Source of the DNA: Eledone cirrhosa
Lineage: Eukaryota
Direction: 5' to 3'
Length of the DNA: 64,000 nucleotides
Assembly: GCA_964016885.1 (NCBI GenBank)
Contig: OZ024740.1
Coordinates: 72,230,001-72,294,000 of the forward strand
The position numbers and the translations under genes are program-made. Below, piece by piece: positions 24,301 to 37,257 of this stretch (within the stretch, counting starts at the first letter, position 1; every line of letters begins with the position of its first letter). The notes beneath the pieces are model-generated. The model ran no database searches. It was given only the letters and a program-made list of their open reading frames with translations, and was not told the DNA's origin.

Positions 24301-24880
24301 CCAGTCCCTATCATCCCATTTCTACAGCTGAGTAAACTGGAGCAATGTGAAATAAAGTGTCTTGCTCAATGAAACAACACGCCACCTGGTCTGAGAATTG
24401 AACTCACAACCTTTCGATTGCAAGGCCAATGCTCTAACCACTAAGCCATGTGCCTCCATTACCATATTAACAACAAATATGACTTTCACTGCAATCAAAA
24501 ATGACAAGCTTTGTGAATGGTATTTCCACTCATTTTTTTCTACAAAGCTAGTCATTTTCAACAGGTTTCAAAGTCTTCATTGATAATATGTGCAAAAAAT
24601 AGTTAATTGCGAACACTTTTAATGTCAGATTGGGTGGTAAGCACACACACAAAAAAAGACAAAAAAAGCAGGAAGAAAATTGTTCACACTGAGTTCAATA
24701 GCATGGTGTGATGAAGTATGGTGTAGTTTGTTATGGTGTGGTTTGGTTTGGTGTAGTTTGGTATGGTTTAGTTTGGTGTAGTTATAACATGGAAACCTAT
24801 CATAAATTTACCAAGGTATGGTATAATCTGGTTTGGTGTAGTGTAGGTTAGTGTGGTGTGGTGTGTTATTGTGTTGCATC
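21330..24880. repeat. Complex satellite, ~880-bp higher-order period built from ~200-bp subunits
   Basis: ttataagtgaggatttaaatt at ~21685, 22565 and 23441; recurring agcacctttgatgtcagattgggtggtaagc subunit. Confidence 0.85.
24118..24457 (-). mobile_element. Full-length tRNA-CORE-RTE SINE inserted in the satellite
   Basis: Complete head to (gat)n tail; short duplication ttaccat; interrupts satellite motif gactatgctttta.catattaacaa. Confidence 0.9.
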
Positions 24881-24969
24881 GTATAGCATGATTCTCTTTA
24901 AATTAAAATCATTAAAATGTAATGCCTATCTTTTATATCTTAAAGAGTGACCTTAAATGTGATTGCAAA

Positions 24970-27900
24970 TGACTTTTTTCTCTGGATTAATGTTAGATTT
25001 AGGGTTAATGTTAGGGTAAGTTTTACTGTTAATGGTAAGTTTATTGTTAGTGACTGTGTTACTGTTAGCATTACTGTCACAGTAACTGTTACTCTTACAG
25101 TTACTGTTTGCGTTACTGTCTGCATCAGCGTTCGCATTTGTATAAGCGTCTATGTAAGCTTTTGTGTTAGTGTCTATGTAGACTGGTGTTAGCATCTGCG
25201 TTAGTGTTTGCGTAAGTGTCAGCATCTATGTCAGCATTTGCGTCAGCGTCTGCATTGGTGATAGTGATTGTGTCAGCATTTCCCTTAGCGTCTGAGTCAA
25301 CATTAGTGTTAGCATTAGTGTTTGTTTCAGTGCCTACGTCTACGTCAGCTTCTGAGTCAGCATTATCATTAGCGTCCGCGTCAGCACTTGTGTCAGTGTC
25401 AGCATTTCCCTCAGTGTCAGCGTTTGCATCAGCGTGCACGTCAGCATTTGCATTAGTGTTTGAGTCAGTGTTAGCATCAGCGTTTGCATTTGTGTAGGGG
25501 TTAGCATTTACGTCAGCATCTGCATCAGCATTCACATTAGCATTAGCGTTTACGACAGCGTTTCCTTTAACGTCTTTGTCAGCATTTCCGTTAGCGTCTG
25601 TGTCAGTGTTTCCGTTAGCTTCTATGTCAGCATTTCCGTTAGCATCTATGTCAGTGTTTCCGTTAGCTTCTATGTCAGCATTTCTGTTAGCATCTATATC
25701 AGTGTTTCCATTAGCTTCTACGTCAGCGTTTCCGACCGCATCTGTGTCAGCGTCAGTATTTACATCTACATCAGCGTCAGCGTTTCAGTTAACGTCAGTG
25801 TTTACGTTAGCGTCTGTGTCAGCGTTTACGTTAGCGTCTGTGTCAGCGTTTACGTTAGCGTCTGTGTCAGCGTTTGCGTTAGCTTCTACGTCAGCGTTTC
25901 CATAACGTCTACATCAGCGTTTCCGTTAGCATTAGCGTTTCCATTAACCTTTCCTGTGGCGTCCGCATCAATGCAGCGTCTGCATATCCCATGTAGGCGT
26001 TAACTTCAGCATTTGCGTCAGCGTTAGCGTTAGCCTTAGCCCTAGCGTCCGCATCAGCAATTGCGTTTTGGAGATCAGCTTCGGCGGTAAGGGTAAACGC
26101 TAACTTCTACGCCTTCTTCTACGTTAACAACTACGTCAGCGTTTTGTTAGCTTCTATGTCAGAGTTTACGTTAACTTCTACGTCAGCATCTACGTTAGCT
26201 TCTACGTCAGCGTCTACGTTAACATCTACGTCATCATTTACGTTAGCTTCTACGTCAGAATCTACATTAGCTTCTACGTCAGCACTTACATTAATGTCTG
26301 TGTCAGCGTTTGTGTTAGCTTCTACGTCAGCGTCTGTATTTACATCTACATCAGCGTCAGCGTTTACATTTGCGTCTGTGTCAGCGTTTACGTTAGCTTC
26401 TACGTCAACGTTTACGTTAGCGTCTGTGTCAACGTGTGTTAGCATCTGTGTCAGCGTTTATGTTAGCGTCTGCGTCAGTGTTTATATTGGCATCTGCGTC
26501 AGTGTTTACGTTAGCATCTTTGTTAACGTGTGTTAGCGTCTGTGTCAGCGTCTGCGTCAGCATTTTCATTAGTGTTTGCATCAGTGTTTCCTTTAGATTC
26601 TACGTCAATGTTTACGTTTGCGTTAAGGTTCATATTAGCATCGCTGTCATCATTTGCGTTTGCTTTAACATCTGCATCAACATTTGCGTCTGTGTTTGCA
26701 TTAGTGTCTGCATTTGCTTTAGTGTTTGCATCAGCGTGAGCATTTGTGTCAGTGTCCACGTCAGCGTTAGAGTCTGTGTAGCATTTACATCAGCGTGTGC
26801 CTCAGAGTCTTTGTCAGTATTCACCTTTGCACCTGCATCAGTATTCACGTTAGTGTTTGTGTCAGCGTAAGCGATTGTGTCAACATTTGCGCTAGCGTTT
26901 GTGCCAGCATAGCCATCTTCATCAGTGTCAGCTTTGGCGTTAGTGTTTCCATTAGTGTTCGTATTAGTGTTTGATTTTGTATTAGTGTTAGCATTTTTGT
27001 TAGTGTTAGTGTTTGTGTTAGTGTTCAGGTTAATGTTGACTTAGTTTTCTGGTTAGTGTTAGTTTTCAGGTTAGGGCTCGTGTTACTTTTAGTGTTAGTG
27101 CTCAGGTTAGTGGTTTATGGTAGTGTTAGTTTTAGTGGTAGTGTTAGTGTTCAGGTTAATGTTCGTGTTAATGTCAGTTTTAGTGTTAGTGTTCAGGTTA
27201 GTGTTAGTGTTTACGGTAGTGTTAGTGTTAGTGTTTTATTTTGTGTTAATGTTTGTGTTAGTGTTTCCATTAGTGTTAGGGCTAGTCTTTGTTTTTCTGT
27301 TAATGTTAGTGTTTGTTTTAGTGTTGAGGTTAATGTTAGCTTAGTTTTCTGGTTAGTATCACTTTTCGTGTTAGTTTTAGTGTTAGTGCTCAGATCAGTG
27401 TTAGTGTTTGTGTTACTGTTTATGGTAGTGTTAGTTTTAGTGATAGTGTTTAGGTTAATGTTAGTTTTAGTGTAAGTGTTCAGGTTAGTGTTAGTGTTCA
27501 AGTTATGTTAGTGTTAAGGTTAGTGTTAGAGATTGTGTTCGTGTTTGTTTTTGTGTTAATATTTGTGTTAGTATCTCTGTTAGCATTAGTGTTTGATGTT
27601 TCCATTAGTGTTAGTGATTGTGTTAGCGTTAGTCTTTGTTTTTGTGTTAATGTTAGCATTAGTATTTCTGTTAGTGTTAGCATGAGTGTTTGTGTTAGTG
27701 TTCAGGTTAATGCTAGCTTAGTTTTCAGGTTAGTGTTAGTGTTCAAGTTAATGTTAGTTTTAGTGTTAGAGATTGTGTTAGTGTTTGTTTTTGTGTTAAT
27801 ATTTGTGTTAGTGTCTCTGTTAGTGTTAGTTTTAGTGTTAGTGTTCAGGTTAATGTTAGTTTTAGTGTAAGTGTTCAGGTTAGTGTTAGTGTTCAAGTTA

Positions 27901-28770
27901 ATGTTAGTGTTAGTTTTAGTGTTAAGGTTAGTGTTAGAGATTGCGTTAGTGTTAGTATTTGTTTTTGTGTTAATATTTGTGTTAGTATCTCTGTTAGCAT
28001 TAGTGTTTGATGTTTCCATTAGTGTTAGTGATTGTGTTAGCGTTAGTCTTTGTTTTTGTGTTAATGTTAGCGTTAATGTTAGTCTTTAGTATTTCTGTTA
28101 GTGTTAGCATTAGTGTTTATGTTAGTGTTCAGGTTAATGTTAGCTTAGTTTTCAGGTTAGAGTTAGTGTTCAAGTTAATGTTAGTTTTAGTTTTCGTGTT
28201 GAGGTTAGTGTTAGAGATTGTGTTAGTGTTTGTTTTTGTGTTAATATTTGTGTTAGTATCTCTGTTAGCGTTAGTGTTTGTTTTAGTGTTGAAGTTAATG
28301 TTAGCTTAGTTTTCTGGTTAGTATCAGTTTTCAGATTAGTGTTTGTGTTAGTGTTACTTTTAGTGTTAGTGCTCAGGTCAGTGTTAGTGTTTATAGTAGT
28401 GTTAGTTTTAGTGCTAGTCTTCAGGCTAATGTTTGTGCTAATGTTAGTTTTAGTGTAAGTGTTCAGGTTAGTGTTAGTGTTTGTATAAGTGTTTACGGTA
28501 GTGTTAGTTTTAGTGTTGGTGTTCAGGTTAGTGTTAGTGTCAGTTTTAGTGTTAGTGTTGAGGTTAGTGTTTGTGTTAGTTTTCTATTTAATGTTAGTTT
28601 TCAGATTTTGTGTTTGTGTTAGTTTTCATGTTAGCGCTAAGTTCACTGTTAGAGCATGTGTGAGTGCAAATGTTAGAGCATGTGTGAGTGCAAGTGTTAG
28701 GGTAAGTTATTTTTAAAGTTGGGTTTTAGCTTAAAGTTAGGTTTTCTACTTTCCAGGAAAAAAGTTGATC
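24970..28770. repeat. ~3.8-kb degenerate hexamer array (GTTAGG/GTCAGC/GTTAGT)
   Basis: 6-bp periodicity throughout; bounded by inverted acttttttctctgg / ccaggaaaaaagt. Confidence 0.9.
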
Positions 28771-29067
28771 CTCTCTAACTTGAGTAGTGTGATATAGTGT
28801 GGTAAAGTATAGTGTTTCATAGTCTTGTGTGGTGTTGTCTATTGTTGTATAGTGTAGTATGGTATATTGTTTTATAGCATGGTCTGATGTGAGGTCGTAC
28901 AGTGTTTCGTAGTGTGGTGTTGGATAATGTGGTATGGTATCATGTTTGTCAGTGTGGCATGGTATGGTATAGGTTGATGTAGTGTGGCTTAGTTTGATTA
29001 TAATAATACAAATAATAATAACAATAATAATAGTAATAATAATTGTTCTTCTTGTTCATTTTCTTTG

Positions 29068-29290
29068 TCTTCTTCTGTGCCTTTGAGTGCTTCTGTTCCT
29101 TTAACTTCTTCTGTGCTTTTGACTTCTTCTGTGCCTTTGACTTCTTCTGTGCCTTTGACTTCTTCTGTTCCTTTGACTTCTTCTGTGCTTTTGACTTCTT
29201 CTGTGCCTTTGACTTCTTCTGTGCCTTTGACTTCTTCTGTGCCTTTGACTTCTTCTGTTCCTTTGACTTCTTCTGTGCCTTTATCTTCTC
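29068..29290. repeat. 18-bp minisatellite (ttcttctgtgcctttgac) x ~12
   Basis: Directly visible tandem units. Confidence 0.95.
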
Positions 29291-30185
29291 CTCTGCCATC
29301 TAAATACCAAAAAACAAAGAATGTAAAACATATATGTTGCCTATCTCTCAGACTTTACAAAGTGCTGAGGAGATAAAGTTAATTTAAAGAACAGTGTGCT
29401 CATGCACTGTGATCCTATAATGTAGCTTATAAGCTATTTCATAACTAAAAAACAATGTCAAACATCAACAAAAGTATATACAAATATCTTTGAATGTTTA
29501 AGTTAAACCTAAGTAGATCGTATCTACAGGTCATTAGGTTAAGACTGAACTAAGATCATATCTATAAATCATTAGGTTTAGACTGAACTGAGATCATACT
29601 TTCTTCTTCTTTTCGTCATCTTCGTTTCCCGTGTCTTCTTTGTCTTTGTTGTCATTTTCATTTTAGTCGTCTGCTTCGTCGTCTTTTTCTTCTTTTCCAT
29701 CTAAATATAAAAAAAATTGTAAACAAATATATAGCTGATCTCTCAGACTTTCACGAAACACTGAGGAGATACAGTTAATATAACGAGTGGGGAGCTCATA
29801 TATATATATATATATATGGTATAGCATGGTGTTATGTGGTCTGGTGGGGTACAACATGGTGTGATGTGGTGTGGTATGATATGGTGAGGCGGGGGGGGGG
29901 GACACAACGTTAGATTAATGTTAACAATACACATGTAGCATCCACATGTGATGAGAAGGGGGAAACAGTGTTTAACTAATTTTAACATTACATGTAGCAT
30001 CCATCTACAGGTGATTAAGTTAAGACTGAGTTGTAATCATATGAAAAGGTCAATTTAAAACTACACTGAGATTCTGCTTAAAATGATGGTCAATGAAGTG
30101 TTTACTTACTCAGATCCTTTGAAATAAATTTCTTTCTCTTACTGTAACTGGACATACCTACGAAATAGAAAACAGTCGAATAGAC

Positions 30186-30640
30186 AGTGGTGTGGTGTGG
30201 TGTGGGGTAGTGTGGTGTGGTGTGGGGTAGTGTGGTGTGGTGTAGTGTAGTTGAGTGTGGTTTAGTGTAGTGGACAGTGGTGTGGTGTGGTGTAGTGTAG
30301 TGGAGTGTGGTTTAGTGTAGTGGACAGTGGTGTGGTGTAGTGTAGTGGAGTGTGGTTTAGTGTAGTGGACAGTGGTGTGGTGTAGTGGAGTGGAGTGTGG
30401 TTCAATGTAGGGTGGGGGATATGGTGTAGTGGAGTGTGGTTGGATGTAGTGTGGTAGCATGTGGTGTGATGGCATGTGATGTGGCGTGACGTGATGAAAT
30501 GTGATGTGATGAAATGTGGTGTGATGAAATGAGATGAGGCGAGGAGAGGCGACGAGACGAGATGAGACGAGATGAGATGTGATGTGATGTGATGTGGTGT
30601 GATGTGATGGTGTGCGGAGTGATTTGATGTGGTGTGATGT
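30186..30640. repeat. Pentamer microsatellite (GTGTG/GTGTA/GTGAT)
   Basis: Directly visible; similar tract at 31590-32178. Confidence 0.9.
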
Positions 30641-30644
30641 GAAA

Positions 30645-31590
30645 TTTGTTCATCCTATTTTTCATGTGCTATCAACTAATCCAATCTCCAAGATGCTTGA
30701 AACTGACTTTTTCCCCCCAGGAAAACGGCGGGGTGAGGTGGTTCCCCCTTCACCCGGATAACCCCTGCTTACTCGGAATTTTCTCTTTGATTCTATTTTC
30801 ATGCGTTATCGGTGAATATGACTTCCAAACCAGTCAAAAACAACTAGCTTTGGAGAAAGAGGAGAGGGAGAGGGGAAGAGTTTTGCAGATCTACACCCCA
30901 CTCACATGTGGGACTTAATCATTTTCGGTATATTTCCTGTGCTATTAATTAGATGCTTCCAATCAACTTATTTCCCTGGGTTAGGTTTAGGGTTGGGGTA
31001 ATGTTTAGGGTTTAGTTTTAGGGTTGGGGTAAAGTATAGGGTTTAGTTTTAGGTTTGGGGTAAAGTTTAGGGTTTAGTTTTAGGGTTGGGGTAATGTTTA
31101 GTGTTTAGTTTTATGGTTGGGGTATAGTTTAGGGTTTAGTTTAAGGGTTGGGGTAATGTTTATATTTAGATTTAGCTTGGTTTGGTTTAGATTTAGAGTT
31201 TAGGGTTGGGGCTAGATTTAATTTTATGTTTAATTTAGTTTTAGTTTCCAAATCCCAGGAAAAAAAATTGATTCAGAGCAACTAAAATGTCAGATTAGTT
31301 GATAGCACTCAAAAGGAGACCGAAGAAAAATCATTAGTGTATATATCTACAAAACGACAATGGTTTTTCCATTCGGTTTACCCCTCCTTTTTTCTAGAAC
31401 AACTAATCATTTCCAACTGCTTTGGAGGTCATATTCGTTGATAACATACGAAAAATCTTAGAGAAAACTCTGGGGTTAAATGAGAGAAGTGCATCCACCT
31501 AAGTTTTCCATGAAGAGAGAGTCAATAACAAACATCTTGGAGTTCGGATTAGTTGATAACACATGAAAAAAAGATGAGGAAAAATTTTTG
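30645..31590. mobile_element. Foldback-type non-autonomous DNA element: long imperfect inverted arms around a TTAGGG-like core
   Basis: catgtgctatcaactaatccaatctccaagatg is inverted at ~31532-31565; core 30975-31250 of gtttagggttgggg repeats. Confidence 0.6.
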
Positions 31591-32399
31591 GGTGTTATGT
31601 GGTATGGAGTAGTGTGGTGTGTTTTTATGTGGAGTGGAGTAGTGTGGTGTGTTTTTATGTGGTGTGATGTAGTGAGGTGTGGTGTGTTGTGTTGTGGTGT
31701 TATGTGGTGTGGAGTAGTGTGGTGTGTTTTTATGTGGAGTAGTGTGGTGTGTTGTAGTGAGAAGTGGTGTGTTGTGTTGTAGTGAGGAGTGGTGTGTTGT
31801 GTTGTGGTGTTATGTGATGTGGAGTAGTGTGGTGTGTTCTTATGTGGAGTGATGTAGTGAGGAGTGGTGTGTTGTATTGTGGTGTTATGTGGTGTGGTGT
31901 AGTGTGGTGTGTTCTTATGTGGTGTGGTGTAGTGAGGAGTGGTGTGTTGTGTTGTGGTATTATGAGGTGTGGAGTAGTGTGGTGTGTTTTTATGTGGTGT
32001 AGTGTTGTGTGCTCTTATGTGGTGTGGTGAAGTGTGGTGTGATGTGGTGTGGTGCAGTGTGATGTATGGTGCAGTGCGGTGTTGCACAGTGCGGTACGAT
32101 GCGGTGTGATGCAGTGCAGTGTGGTGTGGTGCAGTGAGGTGCAGTGAGTGTGATGTTGTGCAGTGCGGTGCAGTGAGGTTCTTCATCTTTATCTTTATCT
32201 TCTTCATCTTTGTATTCATCTTCTTTGTTTTGTCTTCCATCTAAACACAAAAAAATATATAAAACATATATGTAACCAATCTCTCAGACTTTTACAAAGC
32301 TCCAAGGAGATACATTTAATATAAGTGGTGTCTCCATGAACAGAGATACTACAACATAGTTTAAAAGCTATATATATATACAGTGAAAAGCGGCTACAA

Positions 32400-33118
32400 A
32401 ATGCAAAATTTTGCAAACTGTATTTCGACCAATCGGTGTGTAGTTTCACTGGATTACTGAAGCTGATTGGTTTAGGCATCACGGTTGGTTGGGCATGTCT
32501 AATGACTTCTATTTGGTCCTATTCAAAGCATCAATTGTTTTGCTATTTTTAGAAATGATGAAAATAGCATTTTCTAGGGTTTTTATACCCCTAAGAATTA
32601 TTATTGTTCATTTAGCTTGGGTTGGAATTTTGAAAAATATTCCCAAATGCAAATATGAACTGCAAAAGCATAAATCTAATTTACTGCATTAAATGCCCGA
32701 ATTGTGAAGAACTATATGTCGGTCAAACTGGAAATGCACTATCGGAACGTGCACGGGTGCACCGACAGCAAATCAGAGACCCAAATGGCCGTCATATACC
32801 CCTGAGTAACCATCTAGCAACATGTGGTCAGAAAATATTTATAATATTTCCATTCTACAAATTACACAGGCCAAATGAAATCAAGAGAAAAATCAAAGAA
32901 AAGAATTTTATTGATAAATTCCAACCCAAGCTAAATGAGCAATAATAATTCAACGGATATCAACGAATATCTCATATCAACGGATATTTACATTTTGCAT
33001 GGATTTTTGTCGGAAGAAAACACGTAGGGAAGATATTATACAAATGACATATGTCTTCGAAATAAGTATAATAAAATAAATAGGGATGAACAAGTGATAC
33101 CGTCTTTCTTCTTTATTA
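32400..33118 (+). mobile_element. Penelope-like element 3' fragment with inverted upstream segment
   Basis: 32600-32630 is the reverse complement of the ORF end 32917-32948; abuts (TA)n. Confidence 0.8.
32655..32945 (+). pseudogene. PLE GIY-YIG endonuclease domain (C-terminal fragment)
   Basis: NLIYCIKCPNC..LYVGQT..LSER..VH...E..FI.KFQPKLN. Confidence 0.9.
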
Positions 33119-33119
33119 T

Positions 33120-33387
<268 letters not shown>

Positions 33388-33589
33388 GTAATAATAATAA
33401 TATTTATACTTATATATGATTATAAATATGGATAGTAGTACTAAGTACTAGCCAGTTACCGGTAGGAGAAAAGGCTCTATGTAAATTTTCAAATGTATTA
33501 CAGAGCCGAGATACAAAATATAAAACAATAAAATCTTAGTTTAATACATTTAATTGCTGATAATTTTTTTTTTACATACATACATATAT

Positions 33590-36002
33590 ATATATATAAT
33601 ATAAGATCAAAAGATGGTTAAAAGAGTTCCATGTATTTTATTATGCGCATTTCAAAAACAAATATCATCATGAGATGACATTTGCGTTTTCGTCAGATAA
33701 AATAGGGATACATGATATGAAGGTTAAAAAACACTTGTGAATAGTGAAGTTTTAAATCAACATATGAAAAGTAATTTAAGATTGATGTGTGATATTGGGA
33801 AAAAAGTGAGGGGGTTGGAAAGGGTGAAAAAGAGGAGGAGATGAGAGTAAAGAATGGTGGGGGAGGAGTATAATAAGGAAGGATGAGATAGGAGGAGAGA
33901 TGGGTGATAGAAAGAGAGAGATATCCTTTATAACTGAGAAAAAATATATATTGTTTCACAGAGAGAGGTTAAAAAGCCGTTGGAAGATAATATATAATTT
34001 AAAAGAATTTGAAAATAAAAAGTTGATGAAGAGAAAAAAAAATTAAGAATAATATTAAATTAAGGTTTGTATATTGAAGCGTTTAATAATATGTGCGATC
34101 AAAAGAAATTGTTAATATGTATTATTAAAATAAAAAATATTAATGTTATTAAGGATATAAGGTGAAAAGAAGTAGAAGAGTGGATGAATTATGAATTTAG
34201 AGGAATTAGTTAGTGTTTAAGTTTGTGTTTATGTAATGTAATATGTATGCGTAATATATGTAAATAGTTTGTTTACAAATGAGCGCAGAAAGCAAAGAAG
34301 AAAATAGTGTTTAAGGAATAGAAGACTCTAACATCAAAATATATATGTTTATGAAGTATTTTCTAATGGTAATAATATAATGTAATAAAGGAGATTAGTT
34401 AGGGTTTAAGTTTGTTTTTATGTATTGTGATATGTGATATGTAAAAGTCAGACGAGCATGAAAGGGAGAAAATATATAATTAACTGAGGAGGAATAATCT
34501 AACGTCAAAAAAATTTTTATGTTTATGAAGGATTTTTAAAGGTAATGCTATAAAGTATTTAAAAGGTAATAATAATTTTTATGGCCAATGATATGAAGAA
34601 AGATGGAAGAGTGGATATGTTGTGGTGAGTAATAATAAGAATTGAGAAGTAGTTAAGAAGAAAAAGTACAGATTAGAGGTTAGAAATTAAAAGAAAAGAG
34701 GAAGAAAGGAAAGTGATAAATAGGAATGATATAGAATGAGTAACTAGTATTATATAATGTATAATAAATAATATTGAAATAAGGTAGAAAGATGGGTATA
34801 TTTTTAAAGAAATATATATATAAGCCTTTGATAAAAAGGATTTTAAACTGGTAAAGTATTAGATATTAGCTGTATACTTTATGGAATGTTCTGTGGAATT
34901 TGTGCAAGCAGAGAGAAAATAAGTCAGTGCGTCTATTTATTATAGAATCTAAATTAGATATAATGGTAAATTTCTCACATAAACAAAGATTACACGTTCT
35001 GAATAGGGAGGCATTCAAGTAGGGAGAGGCAGAACAAACTTTCCTCCAAGAGATGTTATAGTTAATATTTTTGTCTTTCAAGGACCATATGAGTTCTGAG
35101 AGTGCCGTGTTGGTTCTTTTAAGTTGGTATTTAAAAGAAGAATTGTGATTATAAAAACGAGCTTTGAAGGAGGTGGAAGTGGAGCCGAAATAGGTAAAGG
35201 AATTGGTATCAGTTATAACTTTACATTCATAGACTAAGTTTTTTTCAAGACAATGGTTGTTGAGAGGACATTTATTTTTAACAGGGCAATTACAATTGCG
35301 ATTAGAGAAATTAACAGAGTTATTAACAAGTGACCTAGTGTTATCTATAGGAGGAATTGGATTGGAGAAGTTATTTACGATAGGAATAACAGTTTCCTGA
35401 TTTAGATTAGTATTAAGAACATTTGACGAAGTTACGTTTGACGTCGTATTTGAGTTTGCAGAAACTAGCCTAGACGTCGGGAGTACTACTGCTATTATTA
35501 TGACATTCAGTGTTGGAAGGAAGTGATTTAGTATTTAATATTTTATTGTTGTGTTTAGAGATAATGTTGGAGATGTTGGAGGAGGTGGAATAGGAAAATT
35601 TTATTGTATGTTTGTTAAATATTTTACTATAGATATGTGAGGGAGGGAAGCATTTATTTAAGGCACTAAAGAATAATTTAGGAATATTATTATTAATAGA
35701 AATAGAGAAAGGAGCATTATACCAGATTATATTTTTGTATCTAGGTCTTTTATTTATGTTATTGGAATGATCATAATTAATTATTTTACTGTAAGATCTT
35801 CTAGGATTGGTTTCTTTACTGTATTTCGTTTTATCAGGATAACCGGCTTTAGAAAGCGCATTATTATAGTAATTGGCGTTAGCATCAAAGATATTTTTAT
35901 TAGATGATAGGTTTGATATTCTTTTTCCAATATTACTAACTATAGCATTTTTAATGTTAGTGGGGTGGTTAGATTTAAAATTAACATAATTTAGATTCTC
36001 AT
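33590..36002 (-). mobile_element. 5'-truncated Penelope-like element (Naiad-like): RT thumb, Cys linker, GIY-YIG, long 3' UTR
   Basis: YVNFKSNHP, IIWYNAPFS, IFNKHTIKFSYS; CNCPVKNKCPLNNHCL..LVY..YFGST..FKARFYNH; CNLCLCEK; frameshift near 35470. Confidence 0.85.
33634..33704 (-). ncRNA. Type I hammerhead ribozyme
   Basis: TATTTTAT-CTGACGA-long stem II-GAAA-TGCGCA-TA-ATAAAATA; 8-bp stem I; palindromic stem III. Confidence 0.85.
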
Positions 36003-36245
36003 TATATATATATATATATACATACATACATATATATACAATATATTAATAAATGGAAACTGATATTATTTACCATTTTCTTATCTTTTGCTTTTACTGC
36101 TTCTTCTTTTCTCTTGCGTTTGTTGGCACTTGCGCTATTCCCTGGAGAAAAATGGCGCCAAACTTTTCCTTTTGAAAGAATATGATTTGTCACGTGATTG
36201 CGTTCACGTGATATTACCTCTAAATATGTGAATGCGTATATACAC

Positions 36246-36290
<45 letters not shown>

Positions 36291-36890
36291 GCAGAAACAC
36301 ACACATACAATAACGACGAGTACTACGATTCTGGGAAGATGAAGCTCTCTGCCGCAGAATAAATGGTATTTAATTTTAATAATAATACTAATAATATATA
36401 TATATATAAATATTTCTTAATTGAATTGGTTATCATTATCGTTGTTATGGCAAAAGATAGACAGAGGGGGAAAGAGATAGACAGAGGGAAATATTTTGAC
36501 ATATATATATATGATAGAAAGAAGAGAGAAAAACGAGACCCTTAGAAACGAATAAGAGTCATCAAAGCGATCATATGTATTGCTTTAAACTGTAATGCGA
36601 AGGGATACACTAGTATTTGAGGTACCATCATTTTGGATTTTAACCCTCGGACTTTTCCCTCCCGGTTTTGAAATTTAGGGAAAATTTAGGGGTGACTGGG
36701 AATATTACATAATGTAGGGATTTTCTTTTCCTTTTCTATCATTTCTTATTTATGTATTTATATATTTATTTATCTACTCTCGTGATTGATATTCCGACAA
36801 ATGTTGGGGTGTATTTTGGTTTTTTATTATGTCAGGTATAGCATCCAAAAATTTCTCCCTTCCCTCAATATATATATATTTATATATACA

Positions 36891-36974
36891 AACACAGTGT
36901 CCCAAAAATGTATACACACTTCAACAGCAAAGTAATCAAAGTGTGTATATATTTTGGAGGGGACACCGTGTGTA
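36891..36974. mobile_element. ~80-bp Tc1/mariner-like mini-MITE (hairpin)
   Basis: acacagtgtcccaaaaatgtatacacactt ... aagtgtgtatatattttggagggacaccgtgt. Confidence 0.6.
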
Positions 36975-37032
36975 TATATATATATATGTGTGTGTATGTG
37001 TAACTAGTAAAACTGTAAAAACGCAGCGGTAT

Positions 37033-37247
37033 ATTCTAATTTTCCCCTTTTAAGAGCCACCTATATTTTCATTTAAGTAACTCCACTTACATATATATGC
37101 TTTAATAAAAACAAAAAATAAAAAACGCGTGAAAAAAATTTTTTTTTCATTTAAGTAACTCCACTTACGCGTGGTAGTAATACGGAAATAAACGATGTTT
37201 TGTTTTCATCGGCTGCTTCGACTGACAGCTAATAGCGTTGTAGTGCC
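37033..37247 (-). mobile_element. Second Merlin-like MITE copy, inverted, inner end missing
   Basis: TIR at 37223-37247; reverse-complement similarity to 10579-10835; followed by AAAAGTTT. Confidence 0.8.
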
Positions 37248-37257
37248 AAAAGTTTTA

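Noticed and set aside
24940-28716. Numerous ORFs rich in ADAN/VLVL/TNTN
   Set aside because: By-products of a hexamer repeat that is open in many frames on both strands.
30975-31250. True telomere or interstitial telomeric fusion
   Set aside because: Degenerate ~29-bp units inside an inverted-repeat element rather than pure (TTAGGG)n.
34866-36002. Selenocysteine recoding in the Naiad-like PLE
   Set aside because: The interruption near 35470 is TAG plus a frameshift; I saw no in-frame TGA at Cys positions in the parts I translated.
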